In this document: positions 29,369 through 38,955 of the stretch, piece by piece | Layout: each line of letters begins with the position of its first letter | Position numbering within the stretch: position 1 is the stretch's first letter | Sequence record: OV032902.1 | Strand: one strand, 5' to 3' | DNA: 64,000 nt | Position numbers and translations under genes: made by a program | The notes under the pieces: model-generated | What the model was told of the DNA's origin: nothing | The model's database searches: none | Seen by the model: only the letters and a program-made list of their open reading frames with translations

Positions 29369-30372
29369 TGACTGCTGCTTTAATTATCTTCGGTTGTCTG
29401 TTTGTTTGTCAGCAGATTTATAAACGCCGTATCTGGTTGTTCTATGATCACATTCGTGAAGATAGTTCTACGTACGAGGTTTCTCCTCTAACGGGCCAGA
29501 AGCAATGGCTGACTGCCGAGCAGTATACTGCTGAGATGGACGAGCATGTCAAGGACTATCATGAAACCGTCACAAGTGCCAATCCTCTCTGGGTGTGGAT
29601 GCCATGGCATTGGGATTTCCAGGACATACCAGAGGCGATTCGCCTGGCCAAGTCTACGTACTGGCATTTAAAGGCCGAAGCACTCATGACAGATTGTCGC
29701 CGCATAGGAGCTAATGCTGACATAGATGGCGATATCTTTACACTTCCTATTCATTCTACGGTAGGCATGTTTAACGACTGTGCTGTTTTCAATCAAGATT
29801 TATCAGGTTGGAAAGTTAGCGAAGTTTGTGAACCTGGTATTGATATAAGTAGAAAGTTTCAGGCAGGATTTAAAACTGATGAAGAGGTAGAGATTGATCT
29901 TCATCGCACTATTTCTAAACTATCCGCACATCGCCCTATACAGCCCGGCGAAATAACCCCAAGTGATCTTATCGATCAAATTCGTCGCAGTCAGATAAAC
30001 TGGGATGACATTTCCGATAAGCCTCATTTCGGCGTTAGCTTGCCTGATCCTGAGCTTTATAAGCCAGGTGATTTCTTTGAGCTTTCTAACGAAGTTATTC
30101 AGTGCCGCTATGTTTTAATCGGCATGGATGACTTTAAAGAATGGAAGGAAGTTACTCCGGCTCAGATTCGTATCGACGTAATCGGCAATACCTATGACCT
30201 GGGACTTCCTGATGGAATGCTAGTCGAACTAGATGATGAATACGATTACCGCCATGGTAAAGTTTTCGTTATCCGTAACGGCGAAGCTAAACTAATTAAA
30301 CGAGATGCCGGCGATATGTTTGGTTTCACACCAGTAGAATATCGTGAACTCGCATCAACGAGGTATCTATGA
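29368..30372 (+). CDS. Membrane-anchored protein, paralog B, with a single DUF285-like repeat
   Basis: GGGAGG RBS; N-terminal TM; internal GMFNDCAVFNQDLSGWKVS. Confidence 0.75.
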   Translation: MTAALIIFGCLFVCQQIYKRRIWLFYDHIREDSSTYEVSPLTGQKQWLTAEQYTAEMDEHVKDYHETVTSANPLWVWMPWHWDFQDIPEAIRLAKSTYWHLKAEALMTDCRRIGANADIDGDIFTLPIHSTVGMFNDCAVFNQDLSGWKVSEVCEPGIDISRKFQAGFKTDEEVEIDLHRTISKLSAHRPIQPGEITPSDLIDQIRRSQINWDDISDKPHFGVSLPDPELYKPGDFFELSNEVIQCRYVLIGMDDFKEWKEVTPAQIRIDVIGNTYDLGLPDGMLVELDDEYDYRHGKVFVIRNGEAKLIKRDAGDMFGFTPVEYRELASTRYL

Positions 30373-31031
30373 TCTCTAAACTAAAACGTGCCGATCGACA
30401 TGGTCGGCTTGAACTACCTTTGTGGTTTGTTGGTTGGACAGCGCTGTTTGCTGTCCTATTTACCATTGTACTGTTCGCTGTGGGCATTTACCACATCGAG
30501 GTGAACAAGGATGGGGCTAACATCCAAAGCTTCTCAGATGCGCTCTGGTTGGGCGTAATGACTGTGTCCACTGTTGGTTACGGTGACCGATTCGCTACTA
30601 GTGATGCTGGTCGTGTCCTAGTAACGGCGTTTATCTTCAGTGGACCTATCTTGCTAGGTTTGTTTATGACTATCGGTCAAGGTATCTTCCGTACCAATGC
30701 CAATGTCACAAACCGTGAACAGATGTCTGTGATGATGGAGCAGCTAAGATTGCTTAATGTTATTCAGGGTCACTTGAATATCGATGAGCCTATTACTGCC
30801 GATGCACATGGACTAGATGAGTTTATCTTCCAAACGAAATACAACTCTCTGAAGTATAAGGGTTGGATTACGTTAGGTAAAGATAATACTGGTACGTTTG
30901 TAATCGCTATCGTAGCCGACTCTAAGAAAGATGGCATCATGCCTCTTAAGCGTCACATCTACGCAACCGATGATTATGACTATGCATGGAATCTCATGCA
31001 GTTCTACATCAAAGACGAACGCGTGTTTTAA
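30369..31031 (+). CDS. Two-TM potassium channel (KcsA/Ion_trans_2-like)
   Basis: TM1, pore helix SFSDALWLGVMTVS, selectivity filter TVGYGD, TM2 (GRVLVTAFIFSGPILLGLFM). Confidence 0.9.
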   Translation: MISKLKRADRHGRLELPLWFVGWTALFAVLFTIVLFAVGIYHIEVNKDGANIQSFSDALWLGVMTVSTVGYGDRFATSDAGRVLVTAFIFSGPILLGLFMTIGQGIFRTNANVTNREQMSVMMEQLRLLNVIQGHLNIDEPITADAHGLDEFIFQTKYNSLKYKGWITLGKDNTGTFVIAIVADSKKDGIMPLKRHIYATDDYDYAWNLMQFYIKDERVF

Positions 31032-31038
31032 TAAGAAC

Positions 31039-31090
31039 CCTACCTGCCGCAGGGCAGGTAGGTATTCTTTGTTCTTTATTTTTTTTTTCT
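31039..31090. terminator. Terminator between convergent blocks (probably bidirectional)
   Basis: CCTACCTGCC-GCAG-GGCAGGTAGG followed by a long T tract, at the +/- strand junction. Confidence 0.8.
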
Positions 31091-31657
31091 TTATAGGTTG
31101 TCGTGGATAACAAGACCATCATGGATAATCATGTCGTCGTAGAACTCAATAAGTTCACCGGCTTCAATCCAGTCACCATAAAAGAAAACACCTTCAGGAA
31201 TCTCAAGCGTTCTATCTCTCAATTCTTCCAGTTTATAAAGTGTAAGTGTCTTAAGCTCATCACCTGAGTTAATCAACATCCACTCGTCGCTTACCCAATC
31301 AACAGACACGCCAGGAGTCCGACGACAATACAGGTTTCCATTGCGGTATACAATGTCTTCCATTCGATAGAGTCGAAATGGCTTGAACGGATTAATATAA
31401 CCTTTCCGTACCTCGATAGGGTGAGCACTTTGTCTCGCTCCTTTCTTGTACCAGGCTTCTCGTTCACCGAGGTAGATAACGCCTCCGCCGCCCTCTGGTT
31501 CTGTCGTGTCAACGATGTTACCGTCTGAGGGGATAGACTCGTAGATTTTGGTCTTTTTGAATTTATCATAGAAGTGATGACTCGTTACGTAGATATTAAT
31601 CGGAGTAAACTCTTGGCCATTCATGACGTAGAGTTTGGTTACATACGCCTTTTCCAT
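31091..31657 (-). CDS. Cassette A gene 7: adaptor/anchor protein (~190 aa), putative virion protein
   Basis: AGTAGGTG RBS before ATG 31657; paralog of 38309..38953 and 48295..48915. Confidence 0.75.
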   Translation of the reverse strand: MEKAYVTKLYVMNGQEFTPINIYVTSHHFYDKFKKTKIYESIPSDGNIVDTTEPEGGGGVIYLGEREAWYKKGARQSAHPIEVRKGYINPFKPFRLYRMEDIVYRNGNLYCRRTPGVSVDWVSDEWMLINSGDELKTLTLYKLEELRDRTLEIPEGVFFYGDWIEAGELIEFYDDMIIHDGLVIHDNL

Positions 31658-31663
31658 GGACAC

Positions 31664-32143
31664 CTACTTAGGGATAGTTCCCAGTAATTCAAAATTAGCA
31701 ATAGCAAACGGAGTGTTAGCGGTAAGCATTACTTTGGTACGCAATAGCTTAATCTCATTCACACCGTCTGCGATAACTACGACACCGATAGGATATTCTT
31801 TTGCTGTGTTGTAAACACCATAAAAGAAACCCTCGTTTTCTTTCGTTGCCCAAAACAAACGCCAGTAGTTATGATCAAACAAAGGTTTGGTCTCACCCTG
31901 AGGAATATCTTTAACGCAACGGAAATAGCCAATTGACGAACGGATTTCATCACCAAAGACATAAGCCTTGCCTTCTTCCATAGACGCATAAGTATTCACG
32001 TCTGGATTGATAGGTGGCTGTTCATACGGGTCAGCATCTGCATTAGTAAATGACACGATGTCATTAATAGTGCGAACGATTTCTTGACCTGTACTATTCA
32101 ATGGGTCAGAAGCAGTAGGCTTAGAAACAATTGGATTCGTCAT
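31664..32143 (-). CDS. Cassette A gene 6: short paralog of the N-terminus of the 500-aa protein
   Basis: STGQEIVRTIN helix motif + GYFRCVKD..NYW.LFW; paralog of 38956..39450. Confidence 0.75.
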   Translation of the reverse strand: MTNPIVSKPTASDPLNSTGQEIVRTINDIVSFTNADADPYEQPPINPDVNTYASMEEGKAYVFGDEIRSSIGYFRCVKDIPQGETKPLFDHNYWRLFWATKENEGFFYGVYNTAKEYPIGVVVIADGVNEIKLLRTKVMLTANTPFAIANFELLGTIPK

Positions 32144-32760
32144 TCTATTTTACCTTCTAGCTCTACGCTGTAACAATACATGAAGCGACGCGAGGTACGC
32201 TTCGGACGGATAACAGACACTGCGGACTGTCTGTATAGCTTACTGTATGGAAGTTCTTTAACAACCGTAACAGCAGCTTGACGATATAGGCTCGCACTAT
32301 CTTTGATGCGGATTACAGAAGTTGCAGTCACGCGATACATGTGAGATGGGTCACGTTGTCGCACAACAGTTACAGCGGCTTGTCTGTATAACTTAGCAGC
32401 TCCCTTAATCTTAATTACCGACACTGCGGACTGTCGATATAGATTAGCGGGTTCTGGCATCTTCATAATGTAATCAACAGACATCGAAGTAAGGTTCGGG
32501 CCTGGATTCGGTTTCAGGATATAATCAATAGAAGCACCCGTCACATTAGGTCCCGGATTAGGAGCCATGATGTAATCAATAGATGCACCATATGTTTGCA
32601 CAGACTGTTGATCTGTATAAACTACTGATATTTCCTGTGCCTTGATATTAGGACCAGTGGCAGGCCCAAGAACTAACGAGAGCTCCTGAGCCTTAATGTT
32701 CGGACCATCTGAAGGACCTAAGACCAAAGACATCTCATGTGCATTGATCTTAGTACTCAT
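32140..32760 (-). CDS. Cassette A gene 5: 11-repeat beta-strand 'scaffold' protein
   Basis: ~17-aa repeats in three classes: 3x (K/N)I(N/K)A(H/Q)E.S.V, 3x (GA/SM)S.DYI, 5x LYRQ.AV.V. Confidence 0.75.
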   Translation of the reverse strand: MSTKINAHEMSLVLGPSDGPNIKAQELSLVLGPATGPNIKAQEISVVYTDQQSVQTYGASIDYIMAPNPGPNVTGASIDYILKPNPGPNLTSMSVDYIMKMPEPANLYRQSAVSVIKIKGAAKLYRQAAVTVVRQRDPSHMYRVTATSVIRIKDSASLYRQAAVTVVKELPYSKLYRQSAVSVIRPKRTSRRFMYCYSVELEGKIE

Positions 32761-34061
32761 TTCCAGGTCTCATACCAAAGCAGAACTTTCTGCGGTTGTG
32801 CTTTAATCTTATCAAAGAAAGCTTTCAAGCTAGAGCTTCCTGACGAACGCATATAGAAAGAACCACCTGACTGAGTGAATACATCACTATAAGTCATGCC
32901 GTCCTCTGTGCCCAGATAGACACGCATGTAAGTATGCACTGCACCATCTGGATCTTCTACAACGTTATTGCCAAGGTTCTTGATGTAACCCCCGCCAGTA
33001 GAGTTAATTTGAAACTCTTTCCAGCCAAAGCCACGCCAAGCACTATTGCCTGAAATCTTGTCAGCGTTATTATCGAAACCAACACCGGCACCAAAGTTAC
33101 CCATGTTAAACAAAGACGCATCAAAGTCAGCTTTTAAACCAAACGACAAACCAGCTACGTCACTAACACTCCATGGCTGTCCTGTCAATGGATTCGTCTC
33201 AGAAACCGTAAGGATAGGACCAGGGGTCAAATCAACGTGTGCGTATAGCGGCCACTTAAGTTCTTCTGTGTCAGTACCATCAGTAACGACAGGAGAGAGC
33301 CTAGGAGCGTCTGTATCAGCCGTTGCGGTAATAACATTAGACATTACAACGGCCTTAATGCTAAGGTCGCCTACAACGCCATTCAGAGGGTCTGTGTGTT
33401 TGAATGTCTGTATAGCAGGAACAGAAGTATTAAAACCTTCTTTAGTAACTGCCGTACCTTGAACGTTAGCTAAGTCACCATCCATCTCCGAGATATCGCC
33501 TAGAGCATCTGGAGCAGATGTAGCCAGACGGAAACCACGAGTGTCACTGTCAGCAACAATGATCTCACCAACATGACAACTGGTTGCACGGAACACACTG
33601 ATATGTGTAGTACCAAAACCAATAACGTTCTTTGCCCATGTAGTTACTTCATTGCCGTCCGCATAAATCGTGATGCCTTGTTCGTTAACATGGAAATCAA
33701 ACGTTCTCATCGAAGAGTTACTGAAAGTATGTGTCTCACGAACATAATTCAATGCATCGCAATACTCTACTTTCATTTTGGCATTACTTACCGAAACTTG
33801 GATGTAACCTTTCGAGCCACTTGAATCATTAAAGTAAAACTTAACGTAGCGAGAAGAAACACTACCGCCAGAAGCAATGGCATGAAGCCAGTATTCTTTC
33901 TCGCCATTCAAATCAATAGTTCGAGTAGAGCTATCGGGAATAGATGATACATCGCCAAAGGAAGCATGCGTACATGGAATCATCGTGGTGCGACCATCTG
34001 AACCATCAATGGCTGCATTGCCTCGAACAGTACTTGCATTAAGTACATTGATAATAGCCAT
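32757..34061 (-). CDS. Cassette A gene 4: ~434-aa putative adhesin/receptor-binding paralog
   Basis: GEIIVADSDTRGFRL...NPLTGQPW core shared by six paralogs. Confidence 0.65.
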   Translation of the reverse strand: MAIINVLNASTVRGNAAIDGSDGRTTMIPCTHASFGDVSSIPDSSTRTIDLNGEKEYWLHAIASGGSVSSRYVKFYFNDSSGSKGYIQVSVSNAKMKVEYCDALNYVRETHTFSNSSMRTFDFHVNEQGITIYADGNEVTTWAKNVIGFGTTHISVFRATSCHVGEIIVADSDTRGFRLATSAPDALGDISEMDGDLANVQGTAVTKEGFNTSVPAIQTFKHTDPLNGVVGDLSIKAVVMSNVITATADTDAPRLSPVVTDGTDTEELKWPLYAHVDLTPGPILTVSETNPLTGQPWSVSDVAGLSFGLKADFDASLFNMGNFGAGVGFDNNADKISGNSAWRGFGWKEFQINSTGGGYIKNLGNNVVEDPDGAVHTYMRVYLGTEDGMTYSDVFTQSGGSFYMRSSGSSSLKAFFDKIKAQPQKVLLWYETWK

Positions 34062-35347
34062 TATAAAGCCTCCACAAATAGACGAACTTTACCGCCAACG
34101 TTATTCTTAAAGATGTTATTGAAAGCAGCAACTTCCGTACCACGGTATCGTGAAACATCCCAAGAAAGAGTATTAGAAGCAACAGTTCCATCAGGTGCAA
34201 CTGCATGAATACGGATTTGATTGGCTCCGTCCCATTTGCCGTTATTCGCAGCACTAAAATAGAACATGTTGGTGTTGTACACCATTGCCAGTGTAATGGC
34301 AGACCCGCTAGGGAAAGTACCTTCAGCTGAACCATTGCCCGTATCCATTCCGTAATACAGGCCACTCTGGGCTACTGTTACAGATACGTCAGACGCTACG
34401 TTCTGGAAACCAAACTGCATTGACTCTGCATCAGCTTTAAGCCATTGTTCGCCAGTATGAGGATTGACGTTAAAGACCTTGGCTGAACCATTAGCGTACT
34501 GCTGTAATAGCTCGAAGGAACCAATGTCGTGATTTGTACCATCAGAAACAATTGGCTTCATGAACGGATTGGCTGCGTCTGCTTTAGCAAAGGAAGTATG
34601 ATTAAAAACCATAGCTTCTGGAACCATACCTGCCACTGAAGAATCAATGCCTTCAAAGGTAAATGTCTGTTGGCTATCAACACCGCCAGTAGACATAAAG
34701 TCATTCGTCAATCGATCAGTATTGATATCACTGACTTCACCAGCCCATTCAGACAATGCGCCTTTAGCTGCTACCTTACCTTCACTTAAACGCATGCCGC
34801 GAGTATCTTTAGTAGAGATAATGATCTCCCCGATACCTGTACTCGTAGCGCCCGTTTCCCACTCGTAGCTAAACGCAGCGATTTGAGTACCGGTATTGAT
34901 GTTCATAGCTAGATCTGGTTTAGCAGTACCGTCTACATAACCATAGACTCTGCCTGTCGTACCATCAATAAACAAATCGATGTCTTTATAGCCTGCGGAA
35001 CCTAGATGCCAGCTAGAGGAGCTTGAGCTAGGTGAGCTGAATGAACCGTGTCCCATCCAAAAGAATGGATACTTGCCGCCGCCCGTATTGTAAAACTCGA
35101 ACTTAACCTTTTCATCACTGTAGGCACGACTAAAGTGCCAGCGGAAATGAACCCAAAAGGAATTCGATGTTTCTGCAAAGTCATGACGGAATTGAGTAAT
35201 GCGCTCGCCCTTAGGAATACGACGAGTAAGAATATTACTGTCCGCAGCAATAGCTCCTTGGCGAGGGTCTACAGAAGAACCAGCCATATTGGAGTTATTG
35301 TTAAGAATACGCATACTGTCCAGATTACCAGTTGCTAGAATAGCCAT
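34061..35347 (-). CDS. Cassette A gene 3: ~428-aa putative adhesin paralog
   Basis: GEIIISTKDTRGMRL...NPHTGEQW core. Confidence 0.65.
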   Translation of the reverse strand: MAILATGNLDSMRILNNNSNMAGSSVDPRQGAIAADSNILTRRIPKGERITQFRHDFAETSNSFWVHFRWHFSRAYSDEKVKFEFYNTGGGKYPFFWMGHGSFSSPSSSSSSWHLGSAGYKDIDLFIDGTTGRVYGYVDGTAKPDLAMNINTGTQIAAFSYEWETGATSTGIGEIIISTKDTRGMRLSEGKVAAKGALSEWAGEVSDINTDRLTNDFMSTGGVDSQQTFTFEGIDSSVAGMVPEAMVFNHTSFAKADAANPFMKPIVSDGTNHDIGSFELLQQYANGSAKVFNVNPHTGEQWLKADAESMQFGFQNVASDVSVTVAQSGLYYGMDTGNGSAEGTFPSGSAITLAMVYNTNMFYFSAANNGKWDGANQIRIHAVAPDGTVASNTLSWDVSRYRGTEVAAFNNIFKNNVGGKVRLFVEAL

Positions 35348-35350
35348 GTC

Positions 35351-36706
35351 TTACTCCTCGAACGTAACAAAGATCGTAGAGTTATCTTTAAACAACTCAT
35401 CTAGTTTTGTACTAGTAACCGCATCGGTTTGATACCAACCACCTACTTGTTCAATGAACGTAACTGTTTCAGTTACACCATCAGCATTACTGAAAGTAGC
35501 ATCTAGGTTCGTCTTACCGCCCCACTGCTTAGTGCCATCGAACTCAAGAGAGATCTTCTTGGTAGAACCATCTCGGAAAAGGGTAAGCATTTCGGTTTGG
35601 TCGTCTGCGGTATGATGCATTGTCTGTGAACCATTGGCTTGGTCCACGCCGTAACGCCCACTAAAGCCTAGCATGGATACTACGTTTACTGTGAAGTTAG
35701 GACCTTTACTGATTTCCACACCTACCTGCATGCTGTTAAGGTCAGCCTTTGTCCAAGGTAAACCTGTGTGAGGGTTAGTCAACAGGATGTCTTGGTGCGT
35801 ACCTAGAGCAGAGTTCTCGTCAAGGTTAGTACCAGCGCCCACAGTATAGTGGTCATTAGAACCAAACATGATTGTATTCTTTAGATGCTTAGCAGCAGCT
35901 GTCGCTTGTGCGTCTGCCACAGAACCAACACCAACAGCAAGGATTTCATACTTGTCCATGTCGACGCCGCCTTTAACGTCACCGACAGCAAAGTTCTGTT
36001 TGCCTGGTCCATAGAACTTGAACGCGTCTTGAGTTAGCTCTTCGCCAAGGTCACTGTATGAACCTTCAGCTTCTTGTTTAACGCCTTCGTTTTCCATGAC
36101 GTGTTCGATAACGCGCATGCCGATAGTTTCTTCGTCTTCAGTCAGAACCATCTGCGTAATAGAGCCGTCACAGATAATACCGTGTGAAAGATTACGCCAG
36201 TCAAGTTGCTGCATCTTAGTTACAGTAGCTTCGCCTTGGAATTGTTCGTCTGCCCAGAATGCTACTTTACCTGTATTGTTATTCATACGAATATCAATAT
36301 TGTAAGCACCACCAGGACGAGTGAATGAAATCTGTGTCTGACCGGCAGAAGAACCATCCGGCATAAACTGAATGACCAGCTTAGTACTTGTTACTGAGAC
36401 CCAGATATTGAATGTACTTAATGCGATGTTTGATTTACCGATACGAATATCAGGATTACCGCCCGCAGAGGTCGCGCAGAAGTGCAGCCAAAGGATACCT
36501 TTCTCCGTGCTGAATTGGCGAAGTGGGAATTTACTGCGTTCGTAGTTGTCAATCAGATGCGACTGACGGTAGTAAGAAAACTTGTTATCGCCTGTGGATG
36601 CATCAAGAATCTTCAGGTTACGAGCACGAAGGTCGTAATCCGAGTTAAACTGGTAGCCGCTTTGTACTTCGTAATTGACGTCGTTTTGAATATATAGAAA
36701 TGACAT
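35351..36706 (-). CDS. Cassette A gene 2: 451-aa putative adhesin paralog
   Basis: MSFLYIQN; ETIGMRV...NPHTGLPW core. Confidence 0.65.
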   Translation of the reverse strand: MSFLYIQNDVNYEVQSGYQFNSDYDLRARNLKILDASTGDNKFSYYRQSHLIDNYERSKFPLRQFSTEKGILWLHFCATSAGGNPDIRIGKSNIALSTFNIWVSVTSTKLVIQFMPDGSSAGQTQISFTRPGGAYNIDIRMNNNTGKVAFWADEQFQGEATVTKMQQLDWRNLSHGIICDGSITQMVLTEDEETIGMRVIEHVMENEGVKQEAEGSYSDLGEELTQDAFKFYGPGKQNFAVGDVKGGVDMDKYEILAVGVGSVADAQATAAAKHLKNTIMFGSNDHYTVGAGTNLDENSALGTHQDILLTNPHTGLPWTKADLNSMQVGVEISKGPNFTVNVVSMLGFSGRYGVDQANGSQTMHHTADDQTEMLTLFRDGSTKKISLEFDGTKQWGGKTNLDATFSNADGVTETVTFIEQVGGWYQTDAVTSTKLDELFKDNSTIFVTFEE

Positions 36707-38208
36707 TATATAACCTTACATTCAAGGGTGAACGCGATGTCTGCTAATGTAGAGTCAGCAGACCCTTTAACTTGTAGTTTGATGAGATCGGTGGTCGAGA
36801 AATTGACCGTGGCAGGTACACTAAACGTGCCTTCTGTTTCGCCTGCATTCCAAGTAACCGTACCAACTTCTGTGTCGTTCTTAAGGATAGAAATAACACA
36901 TGTTCCTGTAGCAGCTGTTTGAGCAACAGCAGAAGATGCTAATGGAATCGTAGCAAGTTGGAACTTACGTACTGGATTGTCTACACATAAAAGCTCGTCA
37001 TCACGTAGTGTTTCAGACAAGAAAGCTTTTGTATAGTGTAACTCAGGTTTAGTGAAGGATAGTTTTTGTGTCCAATCATTCGCATCAAAGGCTTTTGGTA
37101 GAATCGTAGCTTTGGCTGTATAAACATACAGATTGATTCCGTCGGCTACAAGAACACTATCGTCTGCAACATAGGTGTTAGCAGCTGAAAAGTATCCCTT
37201 GAATTCTCCACCTTTGTGGATGGTCTCATGGTTGTCCCACTGAATGGGATCAAAAGGACCGGCAGCAATATTTAATTTTGCAGAGAGAACATCAATCTCA
37301 CCGTCATCATTAATGCGTGTTATCACGTCGTATTTGTTATATGATGCGGTAGCGTCAAATCGATTTCTGTATCGACCGCCAATGAGAAATGTTTCTTGCA
37401 AATTCCAGAGCGAAAGATTAAAAGCAGAAGAGTTGTCGATGTTAGTGCGAGCAACGTATAACTTGATGTTACCGTCAGCTTCTTCTTTGATTACGGTGTC
37501 ACCAGTAATGTAGTTAACACCTGCACCATATCGACCTTTGTAGGAAGGTAGTTGTACGTCTAGTCGTAAAGTCCACTCATTGACATCGAATGCTTTCGGC
37601 TCTATGTCCAATTTACATTCGTATACTTTCGTACCCAGTACCACAAGGTCATGCTCTTCGTAAGAAAGAGCTACGTTGTGATTACCGCGCCAATGCGAGT
37701 GTACGTCATTTACGGTAGCGTTGAGTTCTGTTAGAACTTCAAAGTTATTAGCGTCATACGGAACTGGGTCCGAGAACACTTTTGATTTAATTATCTTTAT
37801 GGTTTCCGACTCAACCTTAAGAAAGACTAAGTCAATGAACAAAGGTTTGCTTGCGTCATACATACCACCCCAGATTTCCCCCGAAATATCCGGAACATAA
37901 AACAAGTCCCAGTAATTACTGTCGGTGATAGGTATGTTGTTTCCCGCAGGCATTTCCTTTACACACTTAAAGAAACCGAACTTCAATCTCATCTCTGTAC
38001 CCAGAGGATACGCAAGATTAGGATTGTAGACAGTTTCTACTTGGACGCCAACTCCAGGAGCTGGTTCCGTCACATGGTCTTCTAAGATACCCGTGATATC
38101 AATCAACCCGTTGACAGTTTCGGCAAGATCTTTACCGTTACTGTTTTCTGGATGATCTTTCTCCGGGTGAGACACTAGCTTTTTAACGTTGTGTGATGTA
38201 GTTCTCAT
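36706..38208 (-). CDS. Cassette A gene 1: 500-aa fibre-like protein with Trp-capped ~55-aa repeats
   Basis: Start MRTTSH at 38208; repeated G.(F/Y)...Y...D.V....Y.A....F....W units; C-terminal beta domain ending ADSTLADIAFTL. Confidence 0.7.
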   Translation of the reverse strand: MRTTSHNVKKLVSHPEKDHPENSNGKDLAETVNGLIDITGILEDHVTEPAPGVGVQVETVYNPNLAYPLGTEMRLKFGFFKCVKEMPAGNNIPITDSNYWDLFYVPDISGEIWGGMYDASKPLFIDLVFLKVESETIKIIKSKVFSDPVPYDANNFEVLTELNATVNDVHSHWRGNHNVALSYEEHDLVVLGTKVYECKLDIEPKAFDVNEWTLRLDVQLPSYKGRYGAGVNYITGDTVIKEEADGNIKLYVARTNIDNSSAFNLSLWNLQETFLIGGRYRNRFDATASYNKYDVITRINDDGEIDVLSAKLNIAAGPFDPIQWDNHETIHKGGEFKGYFSAANTYVADDSVLVADGINLYVYTAKATILPKAFDANDWTQKLSFTKPELHYTKAFLSETLRDDELLCVDNPVRKFQLATIPLASSAVAQTAATGTCVISILKNDTEVGTVTWNAGETEGTFSVPATVNFSTTDLIKLQVKGSADSTLADIAFTLECKVI

Positions 38209-38239
38209 GGATAAAATTTCCATTCTAATTAAAAGAAAC

Positions 38240-38257
38240 GGTCTTCGGGTGACCATA
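38240..38257 (-). promoter_or_regulatory. Putative late promoter (TATG) with +1 hairpin, cassette A
   Basis: Minus strand TTAATTA-TATG, then G(+1)GTC-ACCCGAA-GACC. Confidence 0.55.
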
Positions 38258-38258
38258 T

Positions 38259-38301
38259 AATTAAACCGAAAAAATAAACCTCCTGACCCGAAGGCCAGGA
38301 G
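38259..38301 (-). terminator. Intrinsic terminator ending cassette B
   Basis: Minus strand CTCCTGGCC-TTCG-GGTCAGGAG followed by GTTTATTTTTT. Confidence 0.85.
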
Positions 38302-38308
38302 AATTTAG

Positions 38309-38953
38309 TTAGTCTTCATCAGGACTTGTACTACCATCATCTCGGAAAAGACGCAAGTTATCATGGAGTATCATCTCATCCCAAAAGGATGTGGTATCCG
38401 TGATAATCTCAGGCTTCTCTTCTTCGACGGTATCTGGATCGAACGGTTCTTCTGCGTACTCCAATCGGTCGCCGTAAAAGAACACGCCGTATTTCATTTC
38501 GAAAGGTTCTGTTTCAAAGTCAATAGAATCGTAAACAGTCAATGCTGGTATCTGGTGGCCAGACTCTACTTCTACCCATTCTTCAGGACGCCAAATTCCT
38601 TTACCTGCATCTAAGCGAGAAAAGATTTTGCCGCCATAAGAGATAACGTCAAACTTGTCGTAATGCTCTTCTGGATTAAAGTAAGAGATGAAACCTTGGT
38701 GTACTGTGATAGGAAGAAGCTTACGGTTATTCTTACCGGTGTAAAAAGCCTTGTCTTCTTCCAACAGGATAACGCCCGTATCCTTTTCGTCAATAACACT
38801 ATCGACAAGATACTGGACGTCACCATTGATTTCATATACTGCATCCTTTACAAAGCGTTCGTAAAACGTACGACTTGTAAGGTAAACGTTCAGTGGAACT
38901 TCTAGACTTTGGTCAATCGTGAATAGTCGAACGATAAAACTTCTGTCTAGCAT
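38309..38953 (-). CDS. Cassette B gene 7: adaptor/anchor protein, 214 aa
   Basis: Paralog of 31091..31657 (F.V.L..., GF(I)..F.P...Y...D.I.Y.G...W). Confidence 0.75.
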   Translation of the reverse strand: MLDRSFIVRLFTIDQSLEVPLNVYLTSRTFYERFVKDAVYEINGDVQYLVDSVIDEKDTGVILLEEDKAFYTGKNNRKLLPITVHQGFISYFNPEEHYDKFDVISYGGKIFSRLDAGKGIWRPEEWVEVESGHQIPALTVYDSIDFETEPFEMKYGVFFYGDRLEYAEEPFDPDTVEEEKPEIITDTTSFWDEMILHDNLRLFRDDGSTSPDED

Positions 38954-38955
38954 AA

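Noticed and set aside
30369-31031. Holin or lysis cassette interpretation of the membrane cluster
   Set aside because: The TVGYGD filter identifies a K+ channel fold, and no endolysin or spanin is recognisable nearby
38209-38256. Track start at 38256 (and likewise 45680) extending the 500/499-aa proteins
   Set aside because: These ATGs are part of the TATG promoter candidates; the paralogs align from MRTTSH, and an RBS precedes the internal ATG (clear GGAG for 45635, weaker for 38208)
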